DNA of 64,000 nt, from positions 36,391 through 100,390 of IMG/VR virus record IMGVR_UViG_3300010160_000003. One strand, written 5' to 3'. The position numbers and the translations under genes are program-made. This stretch comes from a virus. Below are positions 1 through 8,218 of this stretch, one piece after another (position 1 is the first letter of the stretch; each line of letters opens with the position of its first letter). A model generated the notes under the pieces. It was given only the letters and a program-made list of their open reading frames with translations. It was not told the DNA's origin and made no database searches.

Positions 1-1
1 C

Positions 2-349
2 CTAGGAGATACACCAAAAGATTATTATGCTAAACTTGCAAGTGTAAAGATTGCTCCTTGCCCATCTGGGGCAGCAGTAATAGATACATTTAGATTTTTT
101 GAGGCAATAGAATTATTGACACTTCCAATTGCAGACAAACTAGATCCATCAATGACAGAAACAAAATTTTATATTAAAATGTTTGGTCCTGAATTTCCTG
201 TTGAATCTGTAGACAATTGGAATAATATTGAAAAACTTCTTCCAGAATTATTAGAAAATTATCCAAACAATATGCATAGAGTTGTTTCTTGGTGGATTAA
301 ATATAAAAGAGATCTGGGTATTAAAATAATGGAGCAATTAAATGCATAA
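2..349 (+). CDS. Exostosin/GT47-like glycosyltransferase, C-terminal part (5' truncated by window)
   Basis: Frame is open from position 2 (LGDTPKDYYAKLASVKIAPCPSGAAVIDTFRFFEAIELLTLPI...). CPSG...RFFEA...LPI matches the exostosin-type motif. The track ORF 116..349 is only its tail. Confidence 0.65.
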   Translation, partial: LGDTPKDYYAKLASVKIAPCPSGAAVIDTFRFFEAIELLTLPIADKLDPSMTETKFYIKMFGPEFPVESVDNWNNIEKLLPELLENYPNNMHRVVSWWIKYKRDLGIKIMEQLNA

Positions 350-1100
350 AAGAGATATAACTATTGTTTTAGTAACCTCTGTCTTGCCATCTCACCCAAA
401 TACAGACATCATTGATGAAACAATTAAGTCTATTAGATTTCATTTTCCAGATAATGAAATAATTATGCAGATTGATGGATTAAGAAGAGAACAAAATCAC
501 CGCAAAGCAGACTATAATGAATATAAGAGTCGTATTTTGTGGAAATGTTTGCATGAATATAAAAATGTTCTGCCAATGGTTTTTGAAAGTCACATCCACC
601 AAACAGGAATGATGAGACTAACAATGCCAGAAATAAAAACATCATTGATTCTTTATATTGAGGGAGATGCTCCTCTTACACTTGACCCCATTGATTGGGA
701 AAAGTGTTTAGATATGATTGAATATGGCAAAGCAAATACTATTCGTTTTCATTTTGAGGCTTTCATTCCAGAACCTCACAAACATTTAATGCTTGGTTTA
801 GAAGATGGGTTCTTGAAGACTGCTCAATGGAGCCAACGTCCACACCTAACAACAAGAAGTTATTATAGAGATATTGTTTTGCCATCATGTGACAAATTCT
901 TTTTTATAGAAGACACTTTTCATGGAGTAGTTCAAGATGATATTTTGCCATATGGAATTTTTAATAAAAATGGATGGGATATACATAAGTTATGGATTTA
1001 TCATCCTGAGATAAACATTAAAAGATCTTATCACTTAGATGGTCGTGATGGTCATAAAAAATTTACTACAGATGATAATTTTTGGGGATATAAAGAATGA
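342..1100 (+). CDS. Putative GT-A fold glycosyltransferase
   Basis: N-terminal ITIVLVTS..PSHP, IIMQIDG and LYIEGD (DxD-like) motifs; overlaps neighbouring GT genes. Confidence 0.6.
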   Translation: MHKRDITIVLVTSVLPSHPNTDIIDETIKSIRFHFPDNEIIMQIDGLRREQNHRKADYNEYKSRILWKCLHEYKNVLPMVFESHIHQTGMMRLTMPEIKTSLILYIEGDAPLTLDPIDWEKCLDMIEYGKANTIRFHFEAFIPEPHKHLMLGLEDGFLKTAQWSQRPHLTTRSYYRDIVLPSCDKFFFIEDTFHGVVQDDILPYGIFNKNGWDIHKLWIYHPEINIKRSYHLDGRDGHKKFTTDDNFWGYKE

Positions 1101-2128
1101 GACTAGGAATTATAGCAAGATCTGATAATACTGGCCTTGGTAATCAAACCAGAGAACTGGTAAATATGCTAAACCCTGACAAAATTTTACTCATTAACTC
1201 AAGTTTTTTTAATCAAAATGAACAGCATCCCGAGTGGTATGCAGGCTATAACTGCATTACGACAGACAGAGGATTTCCTAGACAGGGGGAAATAAAAGCA
1301 TTTTTACAAAACCTTGATGTTGTTATTAGTTGTGAAACATTTTACTCACAACAGTTTATTGATATGGCTAGGTTTGCTGGTATAAAAACTATTCTTCAAT
1401 ATAACTATGAATTTTTAGGTAATTTACAACATCAAGACTGGTCATTACCCGATGTATTATTGGCTCCAAGTACTTGGCATATAAATGATATTAAAAATTT
1501 ATATGGTGATAGATGTGAAATTATTCATCTACCGCCGCCGACTGACGCAGAGTTATTTAAAGATGTAAGAAATATAAATGCACAAGACCATAAAAGAATT
1601 CTTCATGTTGCTGGCAAGGCAGCAGTTAAGGATCGTAACGGAACAGAAACCGTTATTAAGATGCTTAATTATTCACGGGAAGATTATAAATTAGTTATTA
1701 AAACACAAACACCGTTAGAGATTAAATCAACAGATGAAAGAATCATTATACAAACCGATAATGTTGTAAACAGGCAGGATCTATACTCTGGTTATGATGC
1801 AATGGTATTGCCTAGAAGGTATGCTGGTTTATGTCTACCAATGAATGAGGCATTAATGAGTGGTTTACCAGTCTTTATGCCTAGGGTTTCTCCAAACACA
1901 ACTGTATTGCCAGATGAATGGACACTAGAGGCTGAAAAAATTGATATGTTTAAGGCTAAAGCAACTGTAAATGTTTGGTCAGTTAATCCTAAATCACTTG
2001 CTAAACTTATTGATAACTATATTGTTAGTGATAAAGAAGCAATAAAAACAAAAGCCTTTGAGTTGGGGTTTGAACATTTTTCAAGAGAATCACTAAAAGA
2101 AAAATATATAAATATAATTAACTCTTAA
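1097..2128 (+). CDS. GT-B fold (GT4-like) glycosyltransferase
   Basis: N-terminal TGLG; C-terminal LYSGYDAMVLPRRYAGLCLPMNEALMSGLPV resembles the GT4 signature. Confidence 0.8.
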   Translation: MRLGIIARSDNTGLGNQTRELVNMLNPDKILLINSSFFNQNEQHPEWYAGYNCITTDRGFPRQGEIKAFLQNLDVVISCETFYSQQFIDMARFAGIKTILQYNYEFLGNLQHQDWSLPDVLLAPSTWHINDIKNLYGDRCEIIHLPPPTDAELFKDVRNINAQDHKRILHVAGKAAVKDRNGTETVIKMLNYSREDYKLVIKTQTPLEIKSTDERIIIQTDNVVNRQDLYSGYDAMVLPRRYAGLCLPMNEALMSGLPVFMPRVSPNTTVLPDEWTLEAEKIDMFKAKATVNVWSVNPKSLAKLIDNYIVSDKEAIKTKAFELGFEHFSRESLKEKYINIINS

Positions 2129-2131
2129 AAC

Positions 2132-2159
2132 AAAAAAGCCAGCCTATTTCTAGACTGGC
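2132..2159 (-). terminator. Intrinsic terminator at the convergence of the plus- and minus-strand blocks
   Basis: Minus strand GCCAGTCTA-GAAA-TAGGCTGGC followed by TTTTTTG. Confidence 0.8.
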
Positions 2160-2176
2160 AATTCTGTAAGTAAATA

Positions 2177-2446
2177 TTACTTCTTTGGTGCTGCTTTCTT
2201 AGCAACCTTCTTAGCGGGTGCCTTAGCAGCCTTCAGAGCCATGCCTACGGCCTTAGCATCTGGCAATAGACCAAAAGCCTTGTCGTTAGGATTGATTGCT
2301 CTAATTGCAACGGGTGCAATTGCTGCAACAAGTGCAGTCCAAAGATCCTTTGGATCCGTCACTCCTGCCATGTATAGTGCAAGGCCTGATGCAAGGACTG
2401 AACGTCCGTATGACGCAAGTAATGCCTTTAATTGTTCTGTGTTCAT
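2177..2446 (-). CDS. Putative holin with Lys/Ala-rich tail
   Basis: Two hydrophobic helices, NPNDKAFG motif typical of actinophage holin-like proteins, basic tail AKAPAKKVAKKAAPKK, AGGAGG RBS. Confidence 0.6.
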   Translation of the reverse strand: MNTEQLKALLASYGRSVLASGLALYMAGVTDPKDLWTALVAAIAPVAIRAINPNDKAFGLLPDAKAVGMALKAAKAPAKKVAKKAAPKK

Positions 2447-2454
2447 TTTTCCTC

Positions 2455-2613
2455 CTAGGATAGAACTTTAATTAGTATAGCATATCCAGCCCATAGCCCT
2501 ACAATTCCTGCGACTCCCGCAAAAACTGGTGGTGCTGGTACTGGCAATTTGAATGCAGCAAATATTATGCCACATCCAAAACCTGTTAGTATTGATAATA
2601 ATATATCTTTCAT
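2455..2613 (-). CDS. XapX-domain (DUF1427-like) small membrane protein, missing from ORF track
   Basis: Hand translation MKDILLSILTGFGCGIIFAAFKLPVPAPPVFAGVAGIVGLWAGYAILIKVLS (52 aa); LPVPAPP between two TM helices; ATGA overlap with the upstream gene. Confidence 0.8.
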   Translation of the reverse strand: MKDILLSILTGFGCGIIFAAFKLPVPAPPVFAGVAGIVGLWAGYAILIKVLS

Positions 2614-3056
2614 TGTTTTATTTCATCCTCTGGAAGTAGTGTTTTTAATTCTTTATATGCTTTTGAAATATTTTTCATAGAAGGATAGTCTGGCCTTGAC
2701 ATAGATAGTACCTCTCCATATTCATCAAAATGTGATACATCTGCATCAACATCATTAACAAACTTAGTTAATCCTTTTTGTACATTTTCAATATATGAAA
2801 AAGCCCAATCCCGTGAGTCAGAAAGAAATTTAATAAAGTTTTCTTTATGTATTGATTCATCTGAGTCTTCTTTTGTTTTTATAGATTTTGTTAAATCAAC
2901 ATATTCTTGAAGCAAAGTATTTTCAATAAAAAGTTTTGCAATATCTTTTTTAAGTTTAACAGATTGTCTTAAAACTAAGAAATATGACAATGCAAAGCAA
3001 ACTGACAATGTTATAAAAACAACAATAAAAATATCTTTCATATCCCCACTCCACAT
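2610..3056 (-). CDS. Hypothetical protein with N-terminal TM helix and coiled coil
   Basis: ORF track; hydrophobic N-terminus; preceded by a consensus promoter. Confidence 0.7.
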   Translation of the reverse strand: MWSGDMKDIFIVVFITLSVCFALSYFLVLRQSVKLKKDIAKLFIENTLLQEYVDLTKSIKTKEDSDESIHKENFIKFLSDSRDWAFSYIENVQKGLTKFVNDVDADVSHFDEYGEVLSMSRPDYPSMKNISKAYKELKTLLPEDEIKQ

Positions 3057-3062
3057 GTTTTA

Positions 3063-3091
3063 AGTATATCCTAATACTACAGTTTTGTCAA
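3063..3091 (-). promoter_or_regulatory. SigA/sigma70-type promoter
   Basis: TTGACA-17 nt-TATACT; ATG at 3056 is 6 nt downstream (possibly leaderless). Confidence 0.8.
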
Positions 3092-3991
3092 ACTATAAAA
3101 ATCTTTAAAGTTAGTATTAGTAAAGATCTCATACTCTGCAAGAGATCTAATGTTCCCAGCACCAAAAATTCCCTCTTCTTCACCACAAAGTATTCTTTTT
3201 TGTTTCTTATATGATATTTCTTCTAACTCTTTCCAAGATAAACCTCTTAGATTTCTATCTCCCCAAATCTTATAGTATCCACCACGAGAATAAAAATGAT
3301 AAACAATATTTTTTGCAGGAGAATAAATATCCCAGCCTCTAGTCCAAGCCCTCATAGCAAAACAAATTTCTTCACCAAAGAAACTTAGATCTGGATCGTA
3401 TGGAAGTTCATTAACCATTGCACCATAAGAAAACATAAAACCACCAAGAACGGTCTCTGATATTTCTGGATATTCTTTTATTCTATTTGCAAACTCAACT
3501 CTTTCTGCTGTCCATTGATGTTTTCTATTTAATGCTATTTTCTGTCTAGTTGGATATGACTTTATCTTTGGATGTTTTTTTATTAAATGCATACCGCCAT
3601 TACTTTCTGGCTCATATGGAGCAGGGAAATATGAAAGAATGACAGATGAGTGACCAGAAATATTTTTAGCCTTTTCTAGTTGATCAATAGATATAAGGTC
3701 CCAGTCTTTTTGAAACCTTGTATGTGAGTCAACTTGAAGGAAATAGTCTTGATTGGAGTATAGTTCCATGGCTTTTGCTCTTGCATACCCAGCACCTCTG
3801 GCTTCTTTAGAGTGCATAGTTACTAGAGATAAGTTTGGAACTGAGTCAAAGTTTGGCATTTCTAGTGGCAAGCCCTGATAAATAACACCAAAGTATAGGT
3901 TTTCTGGATTGCTGGCATTGTCAATAGCACTTTTAATAGTCCATTCAAGTTCTGGATCACGAAAAGATGCTATAGATATAAAGATTGTCAT
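3077..3991 (-). CDS. GT60-like protein GlcNAc transferase (Skp1-hydroxyproline GlcNAc-transferase family)
   Basis: TIFISIASFRDPEL, ARGAGYAR, LQVDSHTRF..DWD, FFGEEI...RAWTRGWDIY and VYHFY motifs. Confidence 0.8.
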   Translation of the reverse strand: MTIFISIASFRDPELEWTIKSAIDNASNPENLYFGVIYQGLPLEMPNFDSVPNLSLVTMHSKEARGAGYARAKAMELYSNQDYFLQVDSHTRFQKDWDLISIDQLEKAKNISGHSSVILSYFPAPYEPESNGGMHLIKKHPKIKSYPTRQKIALNRKHQWTAERVEFANRIKEYPEISETVLGGFMFSYGAMVNELPYDPDLSFFGEEICFAMRAWTRGWDIYSPAKNIVYHFYSRGGYYKIWGDRNLRGLSWKELEEISYKKQKRILCGEEEGIFGAGNIRSLAEYEIFTNTNFKDFYSLTKL

Positions 3992-4218
3992 TTAATAGCC
4001 TCTCTTGTAACTAACACTATTGCGCCTTCCATTTCTAATGCTTTTTTTGCATTTAATACATATTGTAATGCCTGTATTTTGTCATCATGAACCATCTTTG
4101 CAAATACATATTCATCTAATTTAATTGTTAAAAAATGTTCATTATCAATTAACTCTACCTTAAAGTTCTTTGGAGGAAGAATAGAATGAAAAGCCCTACG
4201 CATTTGATCTGTGTACAA
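3988..4218 (-). CDS. Hypothetical protein
   Basis: ORF track; tightly packed in operon. Confidence 0.65.
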   Translation of the reverse strand: MYTDQMRRAFHSILPPKNFKVELIDNEHFLTIKLDEYVFAKMVHDDKIQALQYVLNAKKALEMEGAIVLVTREAIK

Positions 4219-4503
4219 TTATGTCTCCATTGTCAATGATTGCCATGTATTAGCCCAATCTTGCTTTGTTTTATGTTTATTAAATTCTCTAGATATATTT
4301 CCTAATTCAAGAAATACACCACCCCAAACACCATATTCTTTGCCAGAAACACCAACAGCAAAACATGTTGTTGATACTGGACATCTTTGGCACATTGAGT
4401 CTACAATTGAACGGACATCAATGACTTCTTCATACTTATCAAAAAATATATTAGTATCAAGGCCAAGGCAGGCTGCTTCATCTTTCCATAAATGTTGTTT
4501 CAT
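4219..4503 (-). CDS. whiB: WhiB family Fe-S transcription factor
   Basis: W...AAC, C-x2-C-x5-C and GVWGG signature. Confidence 0.92.
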   Translation of the reverse strand: MKQHLWKDEAACLGLDTNIFFDKYEEVIDVRSIVDSMCQRCPVSTTCFAVGVSGKEYGVWGGVFLELGNISREFNKHKTKQDWANTWQSLTMET

Positions 4504-4713
4504 TTACTGACCGTATTTGTTTGGAATATCCCAACCATTACGATTAAGGTTAAAGGTTTTTTGTAGATACCATGCATTTTTTACACGTACCCCGCTTGGC
4601 GATGTTCTGGCAAGATCTGACCTCTTACGCTCTACAACATCCCAACCTATCCATGCTAGTTCTTTATTTTTTGAAACAATTTTTTCCATATGTGCTAATG
4701 AATTGATTATCAT
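4504..4713 (-). CDS. Hypothetical protein
   Basis: Track ORF 4504..4746; likely start at MIINS (4713) to avoid overlap. Confidence 0.6.
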   Translation of the reverse strand: MIINSLAHMEKIVSKNKELAWIGWDVVERKRSDLARTSPSGVRVKNAWYLQKTFNLNRNGWDIPNKYGQ

Positions 4714-4726
4714 GATACTCTTTCTA

Positions 4727-5077
4727 TTAATAACGGAATATTCCAACTTCTACATTTTTTAATTCTGCAGAATGGACTAATTTTGATACAGATTGTTTTG
4801 GTTTACTTAAGAATGCAAAATAGTTTATTTGTTCCATATTTTCTTGAACCCAAGATTCTGGAACTTTATAAAACTTTATTTTACGACCCCTGGCTTTCAT
4901 GCCTCGTTCTGAAAGGTTTGAGAATTCTGAAACAAAAGAATTAATTCTTACAGGCCCAACGGAATAAATTGTAAATTCTTTTTCATCACTTTTCATTCCC
5001 GATAGGGCAACGCTCATTGCACGAAGAAATAAGTTGTAGTCATCAAACTCGTTAGTTCCTTGCACCGCCACTATCAT
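4727..5077 (-). CDS. Hypothetical protein, SLOG/YspA-like fold possible
   Basis: MIVAVQGTNEFDDY resembles the GSR.F.DY start of YspA/DUF2493 SLOG proteins; likely start 5077. Confidence 0.5.
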   Translation of the reverse strand: MIVAVQGTNEFDDYNLFLRAMSVALSGMKSDEKEFTIYSVGPVRINSFVSEFSNLSERGMKARGRKIKFYKVPESWVQENMEQINYFAFLSKPKQSVSKLVHSAELKNVEVGIFRY

Positions 5078-5468
5078 TTTTTCTCCCACCATTTAAGTTA
5101 TCCAGGATGAATAACATTTTATTTACTTCTTTTTGAGACATTGTTGATATGTCTATTGGTTTTCCAGTCTCTGGTTTAACTTGACCATTATCTGTATCAC
5201 CAACATAGAACATATTATTAGATACCCAATATGCTTTTTGATCTATTATAAGAAACTTGGTTGTTTTTTTATCTTTCCAAATTTTAGATTGGGAAGAAAC
5301 AGCCTCGTTATCAAAAATATCTCTAAAGAAAAATTCTTTTAACATATTGTGCATATCACTTTGACGATACAATGTTTTATTAAAAGATTTTTTTTCTTTT
5401 TTACCTATTATTATAAGTATAGAGGAAAACATAGCCAATGTCAAGCCAACAATTAAGGCAATCTCCAT
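5052..5468 (-). CDS. Hypothetical membrane-anchored protein
   Basis: N-terminal TM helix; AGGAG RBS. Confidence 0.65.
   Translation of the reverse strand: MEIALIVGLTLAMFSSILIIIGKKEKKSFNKTLYRQSDMHNMLKEFFFRDIFDNEAVSSQSKIWKDKKTTKFLIIDQKAYWVSNNMFYVGDTDNGQVKPETGKPIDISTMSQKEVNKMLFILDNLNGGRKNDSGGARN
5416..5444 (-). promoter_or_regulatory. Intragenic SigA-type promoter upstream of the whiB operon
   Basis: TTGACA-17 nt-TATACT inside ORF 5052..5468. Confidence 0.6.
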
Positions 5469-5484
5469 TGTTTCTCCTAATTAT

Positions 5485-5649
5485 TTAGTTATTTTTTTTG
5501 GGAATATTATTTTTTTCTAATGCTGGCTCTGTAGGCAAAACCCTAGTAAGTTTTAACTGTGCTTGTAACAAGTTAAACTCCAGATCTGTTGCCCTTTGTT
5601 TATAAAATATAACTAACTGTTTTACTTCTTCAATTGTTAAATCTTCCAT
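5485..5649 (-). CDS. Small coiled-coil hypothetical protein, missing from ORF track
   Basis: Hand translation MEDLTIEEVKQLVIFYKQRATDLEFNLLQAQLKLTRVLPTEPALEKNNIPKKNN; AAGGGG RBS; fills the gap. Confidence 0.7.
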   Translation of the reverse strand: MEDLTIEEVKQLVIFYKQRATDLEFNLLQAQLKLTRVLPTEPALEKNNIPKKNN

Positions 5650-5652
5650 AAT

Positions 5653-6021
5653 TTATTTCCCCCTTATGCTAAATGGACTTCCTTGCCATAGTTTTTCTGT
5701 CTTACTTTTTTCTCTGTTTACTATTGCCCTACTCCAAGCAAACCCTGCATCTCCACCCCAGGCTAACCACATGATCTTCCCATTAGATGGATTCTCTGCA
5801 TTATCAAAATCTTTTCCTTTTTTATCTACTTCGTGACGGGAAAAAAACGAATACATTCTTTTAACTGTATCAAGAGACATGGATGCACCATTTACAATAT
5901 CTGTTGCTCTACCCCAACCTACTGGAGTTCCAGCACCTGTTGCTTTACCATCTTCTTTATACTTTAAGGCACGTCTTGCAGCGGCCTTCATTCCATCATT
6001 AGGAGAGTATGTATCTGCCAT
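5653..6021 (-). CDS. Conserved phage protein, probably head-associated
   Basis: RMYSFFSRHE and WLAWGGDAG motifs recalled from head-gene fusions in other phages; C-terminal KLWQGSPF. Confidence 0.6.
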   Translation of the reverse strand: MADTYSPNDGMKAAARRALKYKEDGKATGAGTPVGWGRATDIVNGASMSLDTVKRMYSFFSRHEVDKKGKDFDNAENPSNGKIMWLAWGGDAGFAWSRAIVNREKSKTEKLWQGSPFSIRGK

Positions 6022-6155
6022 TATTTATCCTTCTTTGGATGTTTTACTTCATATGGACCAAGAATAGATTTAATTGTACCGTTTTTGTTCATGCGTACAA
6101 TCTTTCCGTCCTTAATTTGTGTTGCATTAAATGATTGTGCTTTTTTCTTTGGCAT
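6021..6155 (-). CDS. Small basic hypothetical protein, missing from ORF track
   Basis: Hand translation MPKKKAQSFNATQIKDGKIVRMNKNGTIKSILGPYEVKHPKKDK; TAATG couplings on both sides. Confidence 0.65.
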   Translation of the reverse strand: MPKKKAQSFNATQIKDGKIVRMNKNGTIKSILGPYEVKHPKKDK

Positions 6156-6760
6156 TATTTTAAAAATCCATTCCAAAAATTATCTGATCCTAATTCTTTT
6201 TCAGACTTATATGTTCCACCACGACGTTTATATTCAGCAACTACCCAAGCATTTGCATAGGCAGATGGATAAACATCAAACTTATCTTTTGCTGCCTGTA
6301 CAACTCTTGCATAAAGTTTTGGATTTGATGGATTGCTACCACCACTGCGTGGTTTAATAATATTTTCATAGTTTGGCTTTGCTTTGCCAATTGATGAATC
6401 ATACATTGCCATTGCAACTTCTGAATTCATAGAATTATTATTTTGAAGATCTGGAATAAATAATGGTTCAATTTTTGTTACCATAGAGGCCTTTACACCA
6501 ATTAAATATTCAGTTTCATCCCAACCATAGTCTTCCTCAAATTCAAGAATACGGACTAAGACTACTGGCTCTTCTGTTGAGGCTTTTAATGAATAGTCAG
6601 AGTATTCTATTCCAAACATGCCATCCACCATCACATACTGAATAATTCCAACATATGTTTCATCTTCTCCTGTTGTAATAACAAAATCACCTTCTACAGG
6701 CATTGACTTTTCTAGGCTTGTAATAACCCTATATTCTCCTACTGGCTTACCTACTGGCAT
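6155..6760 (-). CDS. Two-domain hypothetical protein (Tudor/DUF2945-like N-terminus, DUF5872-like C-terminus)
   Basis: EGDFV...GIIQYVM...EEPVVLVRI...WDETEYLIG; NPKLYARV...PSAYANAWVVAEYKRRGGTY; AGGAGG RBS and own promoter. Confidence 0.55.
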   Translation of the reverse strand: MPVGKPVGEYRVITSLEKSMPVEGDFVITTGEDETYVGIIQYVMVDGMFGIEYSDYSLKASTEEPVVLVRILEFEEDYGWDETEYLIGVKASMVTKIEPLFIPDLQNNNSMNSEVAMAMYDSSIGKAKPNYENIIKPRSGGSNPSNPKLYARVVQAAKDKFDVYPSAYANAWVVAEYKRRGGTYKSEKELGSDNFWNGFLK

Positions 6761-6785
6761 AGCAATCCTCCTAGTTTATACATTG

Positions 6786-6794
6786 ATTATATCA
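6786..6794 (-). promoter_or_regulatory. Extended -10 promoter (TGATATAAT)
   Basis: Intergenic TGn-TATAAT upstream of the RBS of 6760. Confidence 0.65.
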
Positions 6795-6798
6795 GACT

Positions 6799-7128
6799 TT
6801 ACTTTAGTAATAATCGCTTGACTTCTTCTAATGCCCAGATTTCAGGCTTAGTAAGTTTAGAAATCTCATTTTTATCTAGTCCTTTTTCAGATATAGTCAC
6901 TATTGGATCTGGTAATAAAAGGTCAATATTTACATACCCTTTTTCCCATAAATTTAATAGATTATCATTGACTGTCTTAAGATGATCTTCATATAAATCT
7001 GGCATAACTTCTTTCATTTTAGAGGTTATAGCATAAAGAAATTCTCCATTTTCAGAGTCTAGTCCAGCAACCTCTAAGGCCCCTTTAAGTATAAGATTAT
7101 TTATTAAATCATCTTCGTTGTTATTCAT
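6799..7128 (-). CDS. Hypothetical protein (winged-helix-like)
   Basis: ORF track; LWEKGYV...VTISEKG pattern. Confidence 0.6.
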   Translation of the reverse strand: MNNNEDDLINNLILKGALEVAGLDSENGEFLYAITSKMKEVMPDLYEDHLKTVNDNLLNLWEKGYVNIDLLLPDPIVTISEKGLDKNEISKLTKPEIWALEEVKRLLLK

Positions 7129-7378
7129 ATTTAATTAATTCCTCTAACTGTTGCCTTGTCTTTGCACCAGTTACACGGTGAATTTCTTTGTTATTTTTCA
7201 TTACTACAAAAGTAGGAACAGATTTAATCTCAAAATCTTGAGCCATCTCAATTTCTAAATCAACATCAATAATAAAAAATTTAGCCATTGTTTGTTCACG
7301 ATTTAAGTCTTCAACGATTGGCTTTGTTTGTTTACACGGACCACACCAATCAGCAGTAAAATAAAGAATAATATTCAT
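7121..7378 (-). CDS. trxA: Thioredoxin
   Basis: FTADWCGPCK active site and SVPTF cis-Pro motif. Confidence 0.95.
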   Translation of the reverse strand: MNIILYFTADWCGPCKQTKPIVEDLNREQTMAKFFIIDVDLEIEMAQDFEIKSVPTFVVMKNNKEIHRVTGAKTRQQLEELIKYE

Positions 7379-7785
7379 TACTTACCTGATTTTAATCTAG
7401 CCTTTTTAAGTGCCTGGAAATCTTTAACTTTAGTATCGCCAAGGTAACCCCAAGCATAACCATCATTAATCATTTTATCATTGATAGATATTGTATCTCC
7501 ATTAACATATACCCAGCCTAAGATACGACCATACTTTTCAGATGAGTCCATTTTTTCAGTCTTAATTACAACAGACTTAGCATCCTTTAGAGCCTTCTTA
7601 AGGTACTCTTTGGCCTCAAGACCAAGAGCCTTTTCAGCAAGATCCTTTGTCCTAGACTCAGGGGTATCAATACCAGCCAATCTTACACGGGACTGAAATA
7701 AAATATCAAACCCTAAATCAATAAGAACGTCAATGGTATCTCCATCTACTACGTTCTCTACTTTTCTAACATAATACTCATACAT
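7378..7785 (-). CDS. Thermonuclease (SNase-like)
   Basis: VVDGDTI, VRLAGIDTPE, KYGRILG motifs. Confidence 0.92.
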   Translation of the reverse strand: MYEYYVRKVENVVDGDTIDVLIDLGFDILFQSRVRLAGIDTPESRTKDLAEKALGLEAKEYLKKALKDAKSVVIKTEKMDSSEKYGRILGWVYVNGDTISINDKMINDGYAWGYLGDTKVKDFQALKKARLKSGK

Positions 7786-8029
7786 AATCTTTATCCTTTA
7801 ATTTATTTTGAACCAATTTATCTCGTTCGTCTATAACCGTAAGAGCAAAAGACATCATCTTTTTATATCCACCTGAATCATTCATAATCTTATTATAGTG
7901 ATGCCCACAAAACATTAAATCTCCAGATATTCCAGTTACTTTAACCAGTGCTTCTGATGGACAAGAATCACAACGATCTGTTGCTTTTAATAGCCATTCT
8001 TTTTCTGCAACATCTTCTGTAATTGTCAT
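7778..8029 (-). CDS. Actinobacterial small zinc-binding protein (DUF7455-like)
   Basis: DRCDSC...LMFCGHH; second ATG (8029) lies 6 nt after TATAAT, consistent with a leaderless start. Confidence 0.7.
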   Translation of the reverse strand: MTITEDVAEKEWLLKATDRCDSCPSEALVKVTGISGDLMFCGHHYNKIMNDSGGYKKMMSFALTVIDERDKLVQNKLKDKDYV

Positions 8030-8044
8030 ATTCATATTATACTG

Positions 8045-8218
8045 CTACTTTCTGTTGTCGGTTGAGTAAAATCCAGTACCGTTAAATATAGCGGTAGGTG
8101 CAGACCATTGCCTTGTCATTGTTTGATTACAACATGATGGTTCTATATCTTCACCATATTCTCTTTTGAATTCAGTAGATATTGAACACACTGTGCATTT
8201 ATAATCATAAACTGGCAT
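8045..8218 (-). CDS. FmdB-family zinc ribbon protein, missing from ORF track
   Basis: Hand translation MPVYDYKCTVC...PSCC...MTRQWSAPTAIFNGTGFYSTDNRK; MPxYxYxC and FxGxGFYxTD signatures. Confidence 0.85.
   Translation of the reverse strand: MPVYDYKCTVCSISTEFKREYGEDIEPSCCNQTMTRQWSAPTAIFNGTGFYSTDNRK

Noticed and set aside
1070-1100. GT-A protein C-terminus DDNFWGYKE resembling the putative capsid-targeting motif
   Set aside because: Lacks W-x-G spacing, the downstream Phe and a preceding K-S site; probably coincidental.
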